Source: Chiloscyllium plagiosum
Taxonomy: Eukaryota
Length of the DNA stretch: 50,932 nucleotides
Direction: 5' to 3'
Assembly: GCF_004010195.1 (NCBI RefSeq)
Contig: NC_057718.1
Location: 46,739,274 to 46,790,205 of the forward strand
Shown here: positions 23,800 to 34,300 of the stretch, one piece after another
How the letters are laid out: each line of letters starts with the position of its first letter
Position numbering within the stretch: position 1 is the stretch's first letter
Program-made: the position numbers and the translations under genes
The notes under the pieces: model-generated
The model's database searches: none
Seen by the model: only the letters and a program-made list of their open reading frames with translations
What the model was told of the DNA's origin: nothing

Positions 23800-25203
23800 T
23801 CATAGAGTCATAGAGATGTCCAGCACGGAAATAGACCCTTCGGTTGAACTCATCCATGCCGACCAGATATCTCAACCCAATCTATTCCCACCTGCCAGCA
23901 CCCGGCCCATATCCCTCCAAACCCTTCCTATTCATATACCTATCCAGGTGCCTGTTACATATTGCAATTGTACTAACCTCCACCACTTCCTCCAGCAGCT
24001 CATTTGTTACATGTACCACCCTCTGTGTGAAAACGTTGCCCCTTTGGTCTCCTTTGTATCTTTTCCCTCTCCCCCTAAACCTATGCCCTCTAGTTCTGGA
24101 CACCCCCACTCCAGGGAAGAGACTTTGTCTATTTATCCTATCCATGCCCCTCATGATTTTGTAAACCTCTGTAAGGTCATCCCTCAGCCTTCGACGCTCC
24201 AGGGAAAACAGCCCTAGCCTATTCAACCTCCAACCCTGGCAACATCCTTGTAAATCTTTTCTGAATCCTTTCAAGTTTCACAACATCTTTCTCATAGGAA
24301 GGAGACCAGAATTGCACGCAATATTCCAACAGCGGCCTAACCAATGTCCTGTACAGCTGCAACATGACCTCCCAACACCTGCACTCAATACTCTGACAAA
24401 TAAAGGAAAGCATACCAAATGCCTTCTTCATTATCCTATCTACCTGTGACTCCACTTTCAAGGAGCTATGAACCTGCACTTCAAGGCTTCTTTGTTCAGT
24501 AATACTCCCTAGGACCTTACCATTAAGTGTATAAGTCCTGCTAAGATTTGCTTTCCCAAAATGCAGTACCTCTCATTTATCTGAATTAAACTCCATTTGC
24601 CACTTCTCAGCCCATTGGCCCATTTGATCAAGATCCTGTTGTCATCCAAGGTAACCTTCTTCGCTGTCCACTACATCTCCAATTTTGGTGTTATCTGCAA
24701 ACTTACTAACTATACCTCTTATATTCACATCCAAATAATTTGTGTAAATGACAAAAAGTAATGGACCCAGCACCCATTCTTCTGGCACTCCACTGGTCAC
24801 AGGCCTCCAGTTTGAAAAACAACCTTCCACCACCACCCTCTGTCTTCTACCTTTGAGCCAGTTCTATATCCAAATGGCTAGTTCTCCCTGTATTCCATGA
24901 GATCTTGCTAACCAGTCTACCATGGGAAACCTTGTCAAATGCCTTACTGAAGTCCTTATAGATCACGTATACTGCTCCGCCCTCATCAATCCTCTTTGTT
25001 ACTTCTTCAAAAAAACTCAATCAAGTTTGAGAGACTGATTTCCCATGCACAAAGCCATGTTGACTATCCCTAATCAGTGCTTGCCTTTCCAAATACACCC
25101 TGTTTCTCAGGATTCCCTCCAACAACTTGCCCATCACTGACATCAGGCTCACTGGTCTATAGTTCCCTGGCTTGTCCTTACCACCTTACCACCCTTCTTA
25201 AAC
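23800..25203 (-). mobile_element. CR1/HER1 LINE, 5'-truncated (RT plus 3' end)
   Basis: WRPVTSGVPEEWVLGPLLFVIY...SKFADNTKIG; LYRTLVRPLLEYCVQFWSP; LFSLERRRLRDDL; FTQRVV; tail (catagagt)n. Confidence 0.95.
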
Positions 25204-25234
25204 ACCTGTAACTATCAATGTAAAACATTGATGT

Positions 25235-25871
25235 CCTGGAGTTTGGATCATTGGAAGTGATTGGAAGTCCAAGTGACCTGTACAAGAAGGACAGATTGCA
25301 CCTGAATTGGAAGGAGACTAATATACTGGCAGGGAGATTTGCTAGAGCTGCTCAGGAGGATTTAAACTAGTAAGGAGTGGGGGTAGGACCCAGGGAGATA
25401 GTGAGGAAAGAGATCAATCTGAGACTGGTACAGTTGAGAAAAGAAGTGAGTCAAACAGTTAGGGCAGGCAGGGACAAAGCTGAGAACAAGGTGGGACTGA
25501 TAAATTAAACTGCATTTATTTCAATGCAAGAGGCCTAACAGGGAAGGCAGATGAACTCAGGACATGGTTAGGGACATGGGATTGGGATATCATAGCAATT
25601 ACTGAAACGTGGCCCAGGGATGGACAGGTCTGGTAGCTTAATGTACCAGGATACAAATGTTACAGGAAGGACAGAAAGTAGACGTTACATCTGCTCTATC
25701 CTCCTATTCCTACCCTCACTAACTCGCAGCACCAGGAGTAATCCAGATATTACTACCCATGAGGACCTCCTTTTTAAATACCTGCCTAACTCTCTACATT
25801 CTCCCTTCAGAATCTCATCCTTTTCCCTTCCAATGTCATTGGTTCTAATGTGTACAACAATGACCCGACAA
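25235..25871. mobile_element. Rearranged CR1 ORF1/ORF2-junction insertion made of two convergent pieces, with a 13-bp TSD
   Basis: The (+) piece 25235-25680 encodes LYKKDRLHLNW..TNILAGRF (ORF1 esterase end) and LNCIYFNARGLTGKADELR...IIAITETW (endonuclease start). The (-) piece 25685-25870 encodes VVHIRTNDIG...VVISGLL...RIEQM. AAAACATTGATGT occurs at 25222-25234 and 25872-25884. Confidence 0.85.
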
Positions 25872-26239
25872 AAAACATTGATGTAAAATCCTTTTACACT
25901 TCTTGCCTTTGTTCTATTTTTGCCATGACTTTGTTCCATTTGTTGATTGTTGATAATAATTCTAGGATGTATTCTTATTCCTGCTCTATGAAGTTTGTGG
26001 ACTTTCTGAACATAATGTTTTGATATTAGTGACAGGATAAAAGATTGTAAATTCAATAGTTGCTTAAAGGTTACAGGGAATCTCTTAGTTATTTATTTTG
26101 AAAAAGAGTTCAATGACAATACTACACTAATATCTGAAGTCATTGAGAACAATAGACTTGGAACTAATTAAATTCTGACCTACCAAGTGTTTCCAATGTT
26201 TTCTCTTTTTAAATCATACATTTTATTTTCACAGTTCCT

Positions 26240-26930
26240 CACATCTTTAACCAGCTGAGCCACTGGAGAGGCTAGATCTGTGCCCTCTCACAGGCTTATA
26301 CTCTATCAGACTCACACACACTTTACCAAGCTCTCACACACACGGACACACACATTCTCTCACATGTACTCACACACACCCACACACTCTCTCTCCCTCT
26401 CTCCTGCACACATACACACATATAAGTCTATGCAGTGAATTTGTATTTGCAGAATTATATTTGCAGATATATTCTATTTTGCTCAAAAAATGCACAATGT
26501 GCAGGCAGTTAATGCAGGCTGTCAATCCATGTAATATTTTGTAAATTCCATTTTGGAAATAGAACCAGTCTGACTCAAGATTGGGAGACAGACCAGACTC
26601 TAACAACTTCAATGCATTGTCTGAGCTGAGATGTTAACTTAAGGTTTTACAAAAAAAAGGTATCTCGAGAATGTGACTTCAAGAAGTTCTGGGATTTACA
26701 TATTAATTAATCAAAACCTACAACCCCACTCTAAAAGATGAAAGACTTAACAGCAATCTAGGTTTGTTCAATATATCATTTCAGTTGCATGGCAGTGTAA
26801 TCTTTTGCTATAAATTCTGTGCCTTATGGTCCTACACCACAACCACCTGATAAAGAAGCAGCACTCCGAAAACCAGTGCCACCAGATAGACCTGTTGGAC
26901 TATAACCTGGTGTTGTGTGATTTTTAACTA
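26240..26930 (+). mobile_element. Penelope-like 3' region (second family) including a (CA)n/(CT)n microsatellite at about 26310-26420
   Basis: Ends cacctgataaagaagcagcactccgaaaaccagtg...cctgttggactataacctggtgttgtgtgatttttaact, with a hammerhead-like motif. Confidence 0.65.
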
Positions 26931-27689
26931 TTAGACCAGGGAAAACTTCATTTCATTCTCTGCAATTTCTGTAATTTATTGCATCTGAACATCCTTTCAC
27001 TGCCTCTTTATCTCTTGATCGATGTAAATTTCCCTCCTGCACAAGGTCTCTCAGACAGTATACATCTTTTATTATAGTTCTCAATTTGATCTCCATCTGA
27101 TCATCTACAATTCTTTAGGTGCAAACATCTGCATTGTATGTTCCTGTTATTCTCTTTCTCCAATAATCTTATCCTCTCCTGCAAATCTCCATGAAAGCGG
27201 GCTTGACTGACAGCAGCAGTTGGTAAGATTGTAGTAGCTATTTTTGGAAACCTTAGAAAAAGAATGGTTAAACATTTTAGTACAAAGTTAGTTTTGAAGA
27301 ATTTTTGTAAGCATCTTTATTCACAGAGACTATGAAGTCCCCTACCTTCATGCAGTATTCTTTTCTTTTTGAACTTATTTTATTTTCCAACCACATTACA
27401 ATAGACTCAACATTTGTCAGGACATATTGCTGGGACAAAGTTCTTCCTTAAATTTTAAAGGCTCTACAATGCCTAAAGGACTGAAAGAGCTTATCTCACT
27501 CAACGTAGTGGCCAAACGTTATTCAATAAAGCAGTAACACAGTTGGAAAAAGGATTATTTCTGACGTATTCAGTACAGCAGCTTAGGTTAGTCACTGATA
27601 GTTAACCTGCCACCACTTTGGCAAACAAGGGACTGTCACATTTTGCTTCCTTGATTGAGCCGGAATTTCACAGCAACTTAGATGGGGGA

Positions 27690-27810
27690 TGGGATTTTGT
27701 GGCACAGTGGTAGTATCCCTACTGCTGGACCAGAGATGACAGGTTCAGATCTCATCTGTTGCAGAGGTGTGTCGTAAATGTCTTAACAGAGTGATTAAAA
27801 ATTTCTACAT
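27690..27810 (+). mobile_element. Short tRNA-derived SINE remnant
   Basis: gtggcacagtggtag (box A) ... ggttcagatctc (box B). Confidence 0.5.
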
Positions 27811-27904
27811 TAAATGAGGACTCCCCCCACCACCCCTCCACCCCCAACCCAACATTCTGTTCTAAAGTAAGTTGAAGTGAACAAATAATTTAATTTGGCA
27901 AACA

Positions 27905-28010
27905 GAGATTAACAGAGTTTAATAGCATGGTGTTGGAAAAAGCAGAATAGGTCAGGCAGCATCTGAGAAGCAGGAGGGTCAACGTTTCAAATATCAGTCT
28001 TTCATCAGCA
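27905..28010 (-). mobile_element. Penelope-like 3' terminal fragment
   Basis: ggtgttggaaaa...ggtcaggcagcatctgagaagcaggagggtcaacgtttc...ttcatcag. Confidence 0.7.
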
Positions 28011-28269
28011 CATTCTTTTATCTCTCCTGCAACGCGGATGCTGCCATGGAAGGTTTAACATTTGGCAATAAGCAAATGAGTTTGAGTTTGAACATGAGCA
28101 AAAATTGAGCAAAGCCAACACAACTTTGAGGAGCATTTGCTGAAGCATCACAGATTGCATCTAAGCAGAGATTGTTGGTTGACATGTTTCACCATATTAT
28201 TGGGCCACCCTGCTTAAGGTAACCAACATTACTTCATCTTTACCATCTGAGCCTGCTGACAGTCCACCA

Positions 28270-28960
28270 CAGACTCAGCACTGCTGAAGAGGTCATTCAG
28301 CCCATCATGTTGATATCAGCTCTTCGAATAAGCATCATGAGTCAGTTATTCTCCTACCCTGTCCCCATTACTCTGTCTTACTTCTGTTTAAATAACCACC
28401 TAATACCTTCGGTAATGCCTCAATTGAATCTGTTTCCACCTCACTTCCAGTCAGTCCATTCCAGACCCAATCAGCTGCTGTGAGAATGTTTTTCTCACAT
28501 CAACATTTACTTCTTTTGCACATCAATTTAAATCTGTACTCTCTTGTTCAATATCCTTTTATGCGGGGGAACAGTTTCACTTTGTCTATCCTACCCAGAC
28601 CAGTAATAATTTTGAGCACTCCTCTTAGGTCTTCAACTGAATTGGCTCATCCCTGGACATAAACCTCCAGGCACTCTCTCTGTTGCACTCATATCCTTCA
28701 TAAAGTGTCATATTCAGAACTGTACTCCAATTGAGGCCTAACAAACAGTTCAGCATAACCTCTCTGTTCTTGTACCTTATCAATAGTCTATAATGTTGTG
28801 TGCTCTTTCAATTCTGCCACCTTTAATGACATATGCATACTCAGATAACTCTGCTCCTGCAAACCATTTAGAGTAGTAACCATTATTTTACATAGTCTCT
28901 CCATGTTCATTCTCCAACAATTACCAAATCTCACCTTTTTGCAATGAACTTCATTGACAA
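28270..28960 (-). mobile_element. CR1-group LINE 3' region, decayed
   Basis: gaggtcattcagcccatc start, tgtgagaatgtttttctcacatc and aacagtttcactttgtctatcct resemble the reverse of a CR1 ORF2 end. Confidence 0.6.
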
Positions 28961-29121
28961 CCTTTCAACTGTTAATTTTAAAAAGGCGCTATTGGTATGT
29001 TCCCCCAGCCTTTGGCAAGAGAAAGATCTATTCCAGACTGCCCCTGACAAACGTTTGCAGGACCTAGGCCAATGACATCCAAAACGTGTGCAGTTGCCTG
29101 ACCATGTACCCACCCACACAA

Positions 29122-29830
29122 TTCTGGATCAGTGGTGCTGGAAGAGCACAGCAATTCAGGCAGCATCCGAGGACAGGCAAAATCGACGTTTCGGGCAAAA
29201 GCCCTTCATCAGGAATAAAGGCAGAGAGCCTGAAGCATGGAGAGATAAGAGTTTCAAGGCTGGACAGGTCAGGGGATCGAGTTGCTGGAGGTTAGAAGCT
29301 AGGATGAGGTGGGGGAAGGGGAAATGTCCTGAAACAAACTCGCTATCACAGTCACATTTGCTTCCTCAGTGCCTGTCCCTCATCACCAGACGCCTGGAGG
29401 AAGAACGCCTCATCTTCCGCCTCGGAACACTTCAACCCCAGGGCATCAATGTGGATTTCAACAGTTTCCTCATTTCCCCTTCCCCCACCTCATCCTAGCT
29501 TCTAACCTCCAGCAACTCGATTCCCTGACCTGTCCGGACTTGTCCGACCTGCCCAGCTCCTTTTCCACCTATCCACTCCACCCTCTCCTCCCTGACCTAT
29601 CACCTTCATCTCCTTCCCCACTGACCTATTGTACTTTATGCCACTCTCTCCCCACCCCCACCCTCCTCTAGCTTATCTCTCCACGCTTCAGGCTCTCTGC
29701 CTTTATTCCTGATGAAGGGCTTTTGCCCGAAACGTCGATTTTGCCTGTCCTCGGATGCTGCCTGAATTGCTGTGCTCTTCCAGCACCACTGATCCAGAAT
29801 CTGGTTTCCAGCATCTGCAGTCATTGTTTT
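29122..29830 (+). mobile_element. Young Penelope-like insertion with an inverted 5' copy of its own 3' end and a 15-bp TSD
   Basis: Forward part 29375-29830 encodes TRRLEEERLIFRLGTLQPQGINVDF plus UTR. 29122-29326 is reverse-complementary to about 29670-29800 and 29470-29535. TACCCACCCACACAA occurs at 29107-29121 and 29831-29845. Confidence 0.92.
29709..29736 (+). ncRNA. Minimal type I hammerhead ribozyme-like motif in a PLE 3' end (one of about 10 copies in the window)
   Basis: CUGAUGA-A-GGGC-UUUU-GCCC-GAAAC-GUC: conserved core boxes, a paired stem II, a palindromic ACGU stem III and a GUC cleavage triplet. Confidence 0.65.
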
Positions 29831-32249
29831 TACCCACCCACACAAGTCAGTCCCTTTAAATTGCCACATCACATGACTGTATAAAATATCCAAAGGCACT
29901 GCACACATAAATAAATCACCCAAGCACTTAAAAATAATTAGAAGGAACATCATCTGGGACTTTCCAAGGTAATGGATGTTTGGGCTATTAGGGAGACAGT
30001 CTTATAATTTATTTATTATTTATTGTCTTTACAACACCAATCTCAATGCTAAGCCCACGAGCACCTTAGTCATCTTTTATCTCAATGAATTATTTAAACT
30101 TCCATCATTACATATTGTTTTAAAAACACTACATTTAAATGGAATTCTTTTCAAAATTCTGGGCATGGAACAATGAACAAAAAATAACATAAAAATGATA
30201 AATGTTTGCACTGTTTCCCCTTTGGAGGATTTTCACTGAGTTGGCCAGGTCTTTGTCGTGGGATAAGAGGGAGGACGTGGAGCTGAAAGCGTCAGAGATC
30301 AAGTCATTTGCCAATCCAATGAGAGGAGGCATGATACCACTTTAATTATGATTGTGAACTTGTAACTCTCATTTAAACATAACATTTCAATTCTTAATGC
30401 CAATGACCGGACTTTCGGGACCACACGGAACCCAGCAACTTTCTCAAGGTGTGAATTTGGTCGATTCAGAAAGTAAGTGCCTTCACATTTACTCCCTGAC
30501 AAGCCTCTGTGAATAGAAGATCTACCCTATCCACCCAATTAGGGATTGGATAGTCCCTAATAATGTGAACGGAGGCCTTGATGCATGATTTCCCATACCC
30601 CATTCAGTGCAATCTTTCCTTTGAGGCCTACAGCCTCTCACCCACTCCACAAAGCCCCCATTTCTGAAGTCTCTCAAGAAGTAATCTCCATCCGGGGAGG
30701 GACTGGGCCTCTATTGACCCACTCAATTATCCCTCGGTCACAACCTCTCTCCCTCCCACCTCCTCTGGTCAACCCACTGACCCCGTACAGGCTCATCTGT
30801 CACCGTGGTCATGACTAACTGGCTTTCCCCCATTCCCACTGATTGAAGGCCAGTTCTCAGTCAAGCTGCTTTGGGGAATTAATCTCTGACATGGAGATAA
30901 GGAGTAGAGGACCATCCTGATTAGCAGATTCCCTTCTGCCTTTCTGATTGACCCTGTGTGTCTGGTCAGTAAAAAGTTTGGCCCTAGTTTTGGATGAGGG
31001 AATCTCTATATTGTCATACAATGAGAACAAGAGTATCATTGTGCCTCACCCATTGAGCATCTCCAACATCTTCTGTTTTTATTTTTGTCACTTATTCTGT
31101 CAGGAATCCACTCTACTACAAATGTTCCCCTCCTCCACCCTTTGCTTCAGTACTTGCTGCAAACCTACAGCATCTGTAACTGTTTCCACTTCTGATAAAA
31201 GGTTATTGACCTCTCTGTACTGGTGCTGACAGAAAACAGGAATTTCCAACTTCTTGTTTTTATTGCAGAATCGGCCATATTTTGCTTTTATTTTGCCACA
31301 GGGCATCTGGTTTGACCAAGAAACTGTTTGACCACCCGGCTATGATGAAGGAGGAGCTGGTTGACTCGCTGTTGAACAAGCAACGACTGAATCTGTAACA
31401 TTCATGTCCTTCACAACAGATATATATTGAAGCTACCAACAGGAGAAAAGAAAGGGGCCAGGATTTCATGTAACACAACATGTGAAATAGTGTTGATTCC
31501 ATAAATTATTGAATTGTAAAATGCCTGGAGGCACCATGCAATAATTTAACTCCAGGTAGGCCAATTCCAAAGTAAATGGGAATAATAAAATGAGGAGGGA
31601 TGTGACTACTTTTTGTAAAGTGTATGCAGTCTGGCTTTAACTGTCAAAGACAACCCAGACAATTGTAAGGAAAGAGTTAAAACATGTGGCTAAAAGACAA
31701 GACCTAGTCAAGCAAGCAGCTCTTCATGATAGGATAATTAACACAGAGGAGCCTTATCTCCTTCTGCAAAACTGCAAACCCCAGTGGAACCTTCCGTTTT
31801 CTACCAAATACCCATCAGCAGTCAAATAATTGAGAGCTTGCACTTGAAGGTCACAAAAACAATGTAAGATGTTTTATACAGTAGATGTATTGACCGAAAA
31901 CACAAGGAATTTATTTTAAATCATTCTAAAATATCAAGGACAACAATATTGTTATATGAATCTGCAATATGGTTTGCTTCATATATTTTCATTGTAATTT
32001 CCTGAAATCCAAATAGGAACTTCTGTTTATATCTATTGCATATCCACGAGTTTCTTTTCTTTCTTATTTTGATTTTGCTTTCCTTTTTTGATGTTCCCTC
32101 CTGAAATCTGTGGGATTGGATTGGATAGTTGATGCATGATGTCCCACATGCCATTCAGTGTAATGCAGGCAGTAAGGCAACTTGGTGTTGTCTGCTCATT
32201 ATAATGATAGTCAGTGCTGAATGATCTGTGGAGGGGGTATACATGTCGG

Positions 32250-32265
32250 TGGGGGGGGGGGGGGG
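32250..32265 (+). repeat. Poly-G tract
   Basis: About 16 consecutive G. Confidence 0.9.
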
Positions 32266-32384
32266 AGATGTTGTGGTGGTGGTGAGGTGAGCAAATACTG
32301 TCATTAACAACCTCTTAAAGAAGTGATGAATTATGGCTGAAATAGGTGCTGGGAGTCATTCAGCAACTGAATCTAACCTAGAAA

Positions 32385-32845
32385 AATCTGAGACATGGCT
32401 AGTCCCGGGATACACACCAAGACAAACATCGACTGCACCTGGAGTACCATCAGTTCGGTGAAAGACACTCGTTCGTCTGCCCAAAACTCATTGGTCTTTC
32501 AGCACAAGGAGTTGAGCTCGACTGAGTGTTGCAGACTGGCACGTTCCAAGGTCCAGGACTATGTATTGAAGGATACACTAACAGTTTGGAGCAGCTGCTG
32601 CCAAGATACAGTGACGAAATTAAATAGGGGTCCATTCAGTTATCAGACCCTCCCGGTACCTCAAATATATGCATATATGGACTTGTACAAGTAAGAAATG
32701 CCTTGGGTTTCTTTATTGGATACAGTTAAACTCCAACATTTGTTTGTTTCTTCATATGCTACTGTAGAGAACCAAGCTGCTTCAGTGGCTATGTATATCG
32801 AGCTATATTTATGAATAAAACATATGTTGAAATAAAAATAAAAAA
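32385..32845 (+). mobile_element. Tx1/L1-clade LINE 3' end
   Basis: PGIHTKTNIDCTWSTISSVKDTRSSAQNSLVFQHKELSSTECCRLARSKVQDYVLKD resembles the Tx1-type C-terminus (KDALWSARNLLVFQ...ECCRLA); ends aataaaa...aaataaaaataaaaaa. Confidence 0.75.
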
Positions 32846-32880
32846 CAATCCTGCAAGAGTGCAAACAGTCAGTTTTCAAA

Positions 32881-33380
32881 ATCTTGCTGAAGATAAGGAG
32901 AGACCACTTATATCCTCGAAGGACCAGGAGGTTTTCCAAACACACGATGAATAGGTAATGGGAACAATTAGTGTGGAAGGCAATGCTAGAATCATCCCAA
33001 GGACCTAGATGCAGCATCACAAGACATTTACTGGCCTCACACATCTGCTCAAGGACTGTGGATACATCTTTAAATGACATTTTCTCCGAAGCTTTGAGCC
33101 TTTGCTTCTAATCAATTCTGCACACCTGGTCATTCGCCTAGCAATAATCTTTATCAATCAGAACTCCTACCAAACATCATCAGTCTCACCTCACCCTCAC
33201 ACACGTAACATTCATACAAAGCTCCCATTGTGTGAACACAGCCAGTTATTCAAGCATTACCTGCCACATCACCAAACACATTACATAGCAATTTCGGATA
33301 CAGTTCCCTCCTTCTTGCAGGAATGTAGGCACCAGCAGGAGGGATTGGGTGCACCTACATGTTCTAACCATTTGAACATT
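32881..33380 (+). mobile_element. PIF/Harbinger-type Myb/SANT gene fossil with retained intron
   Basis: IRRDHLYPRRTRRFSKHTMNR*WEQL, then a frameshift to NARIIPRT*MQHHKTFTGLTHLLK (cf. RTWMQCRKKFNDLT), an intron-like spacer ending cttcttgcag (33320), then ..AHLHVLT. Confidence 0.6.
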
Positions 33381-34184
33381 AAGTGAAAGGGTATATGCTG
33401 AAGCTCTGGTCGCTGGAGGAACTGAATCCATTAAAGGCATCAGTACTCTTTCACTTAGAGCCACTTCTTACATCTCAACTTCTTACCTCATCCAACAAAT
33501 TCTTCTCATTTACAGCTACTATTGATGGTCTACTTTCTTCCAATGCGAATCACAGTCTCACCCTTGTCCCATTTTCCTTTCAGATAAGGAAGAATTATCA
33601 TCTGCTTAGGTCACGTAGGGAGAGAAAGAAGACAATGATTGTGAAGACAACCATCTCATGATTTCATTCTGGCAGCCACCAGTTCAGTTACTAGCGCTCT
33701 AGGAAATGTTACTCGCTCCATGCTGCATCAACCTGTTAGCGTCCATTTCAAGCAATATTGTGATTAAATAAAATTCCACTGCCTAAGATGTTACCTAGCT
33801 AGTGGTGAACATTGAGTACTGACCTAGGTCATGAGTTATGTTTTCAAGTTGAATAGAAAGCCAGTTGCTTGCCAGACTTTATGACATTATGCTGCAACAA
33901 TGGAGGTAATGGGGAAAAATAATATGAATAATAATCATGAATTGAACCACACCATAATATCAGTGCATTCACACATAATCTCTGGACCAAATTAAATATT
34001 GGAATTTGGTAGGTAAAGGAGAATAAAAAAGCTTCTGAATGCTGACCTCTACAATACCTGTAAAAAAAACTGGAACCACAGAACTATTTTATGTTGATGT
34101 GCAATAACGTGAAGGAATGTGTAATTCCACTACTGAGATTGATTTGTCTCAATTAGGATCCGTTACCCAAAGCAAACAACTTAC

Positions 34185-34300
34185 GATTTATCTCTTCGGT
34201 TAAGTCGTCTCTGAGGGCTCATCTGCCGACGGCGTGGTGATAAAGATTTTCCCCGTTGTCGGTCTTTAACTGGAGACTGGGAACCTGAGGTTTTTATAGT
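34185..34300 (-). CDS. VASH2: Vasohibin-2 penultimate coding exon, 116 nt, phase 0 in / phase 2 out
   Basis: tag|ACT ATA AAA...GAT AAA TC|gtaagt translates TIKTSGSQSPVKDRQRGKSLSPRRRQMSPQRRLNRRDK(S). This matches the VASH2 basic C-terminal motif RGKSLSPRRRQxSP and is in frame with the preceding exon. Confidence 0.95.
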
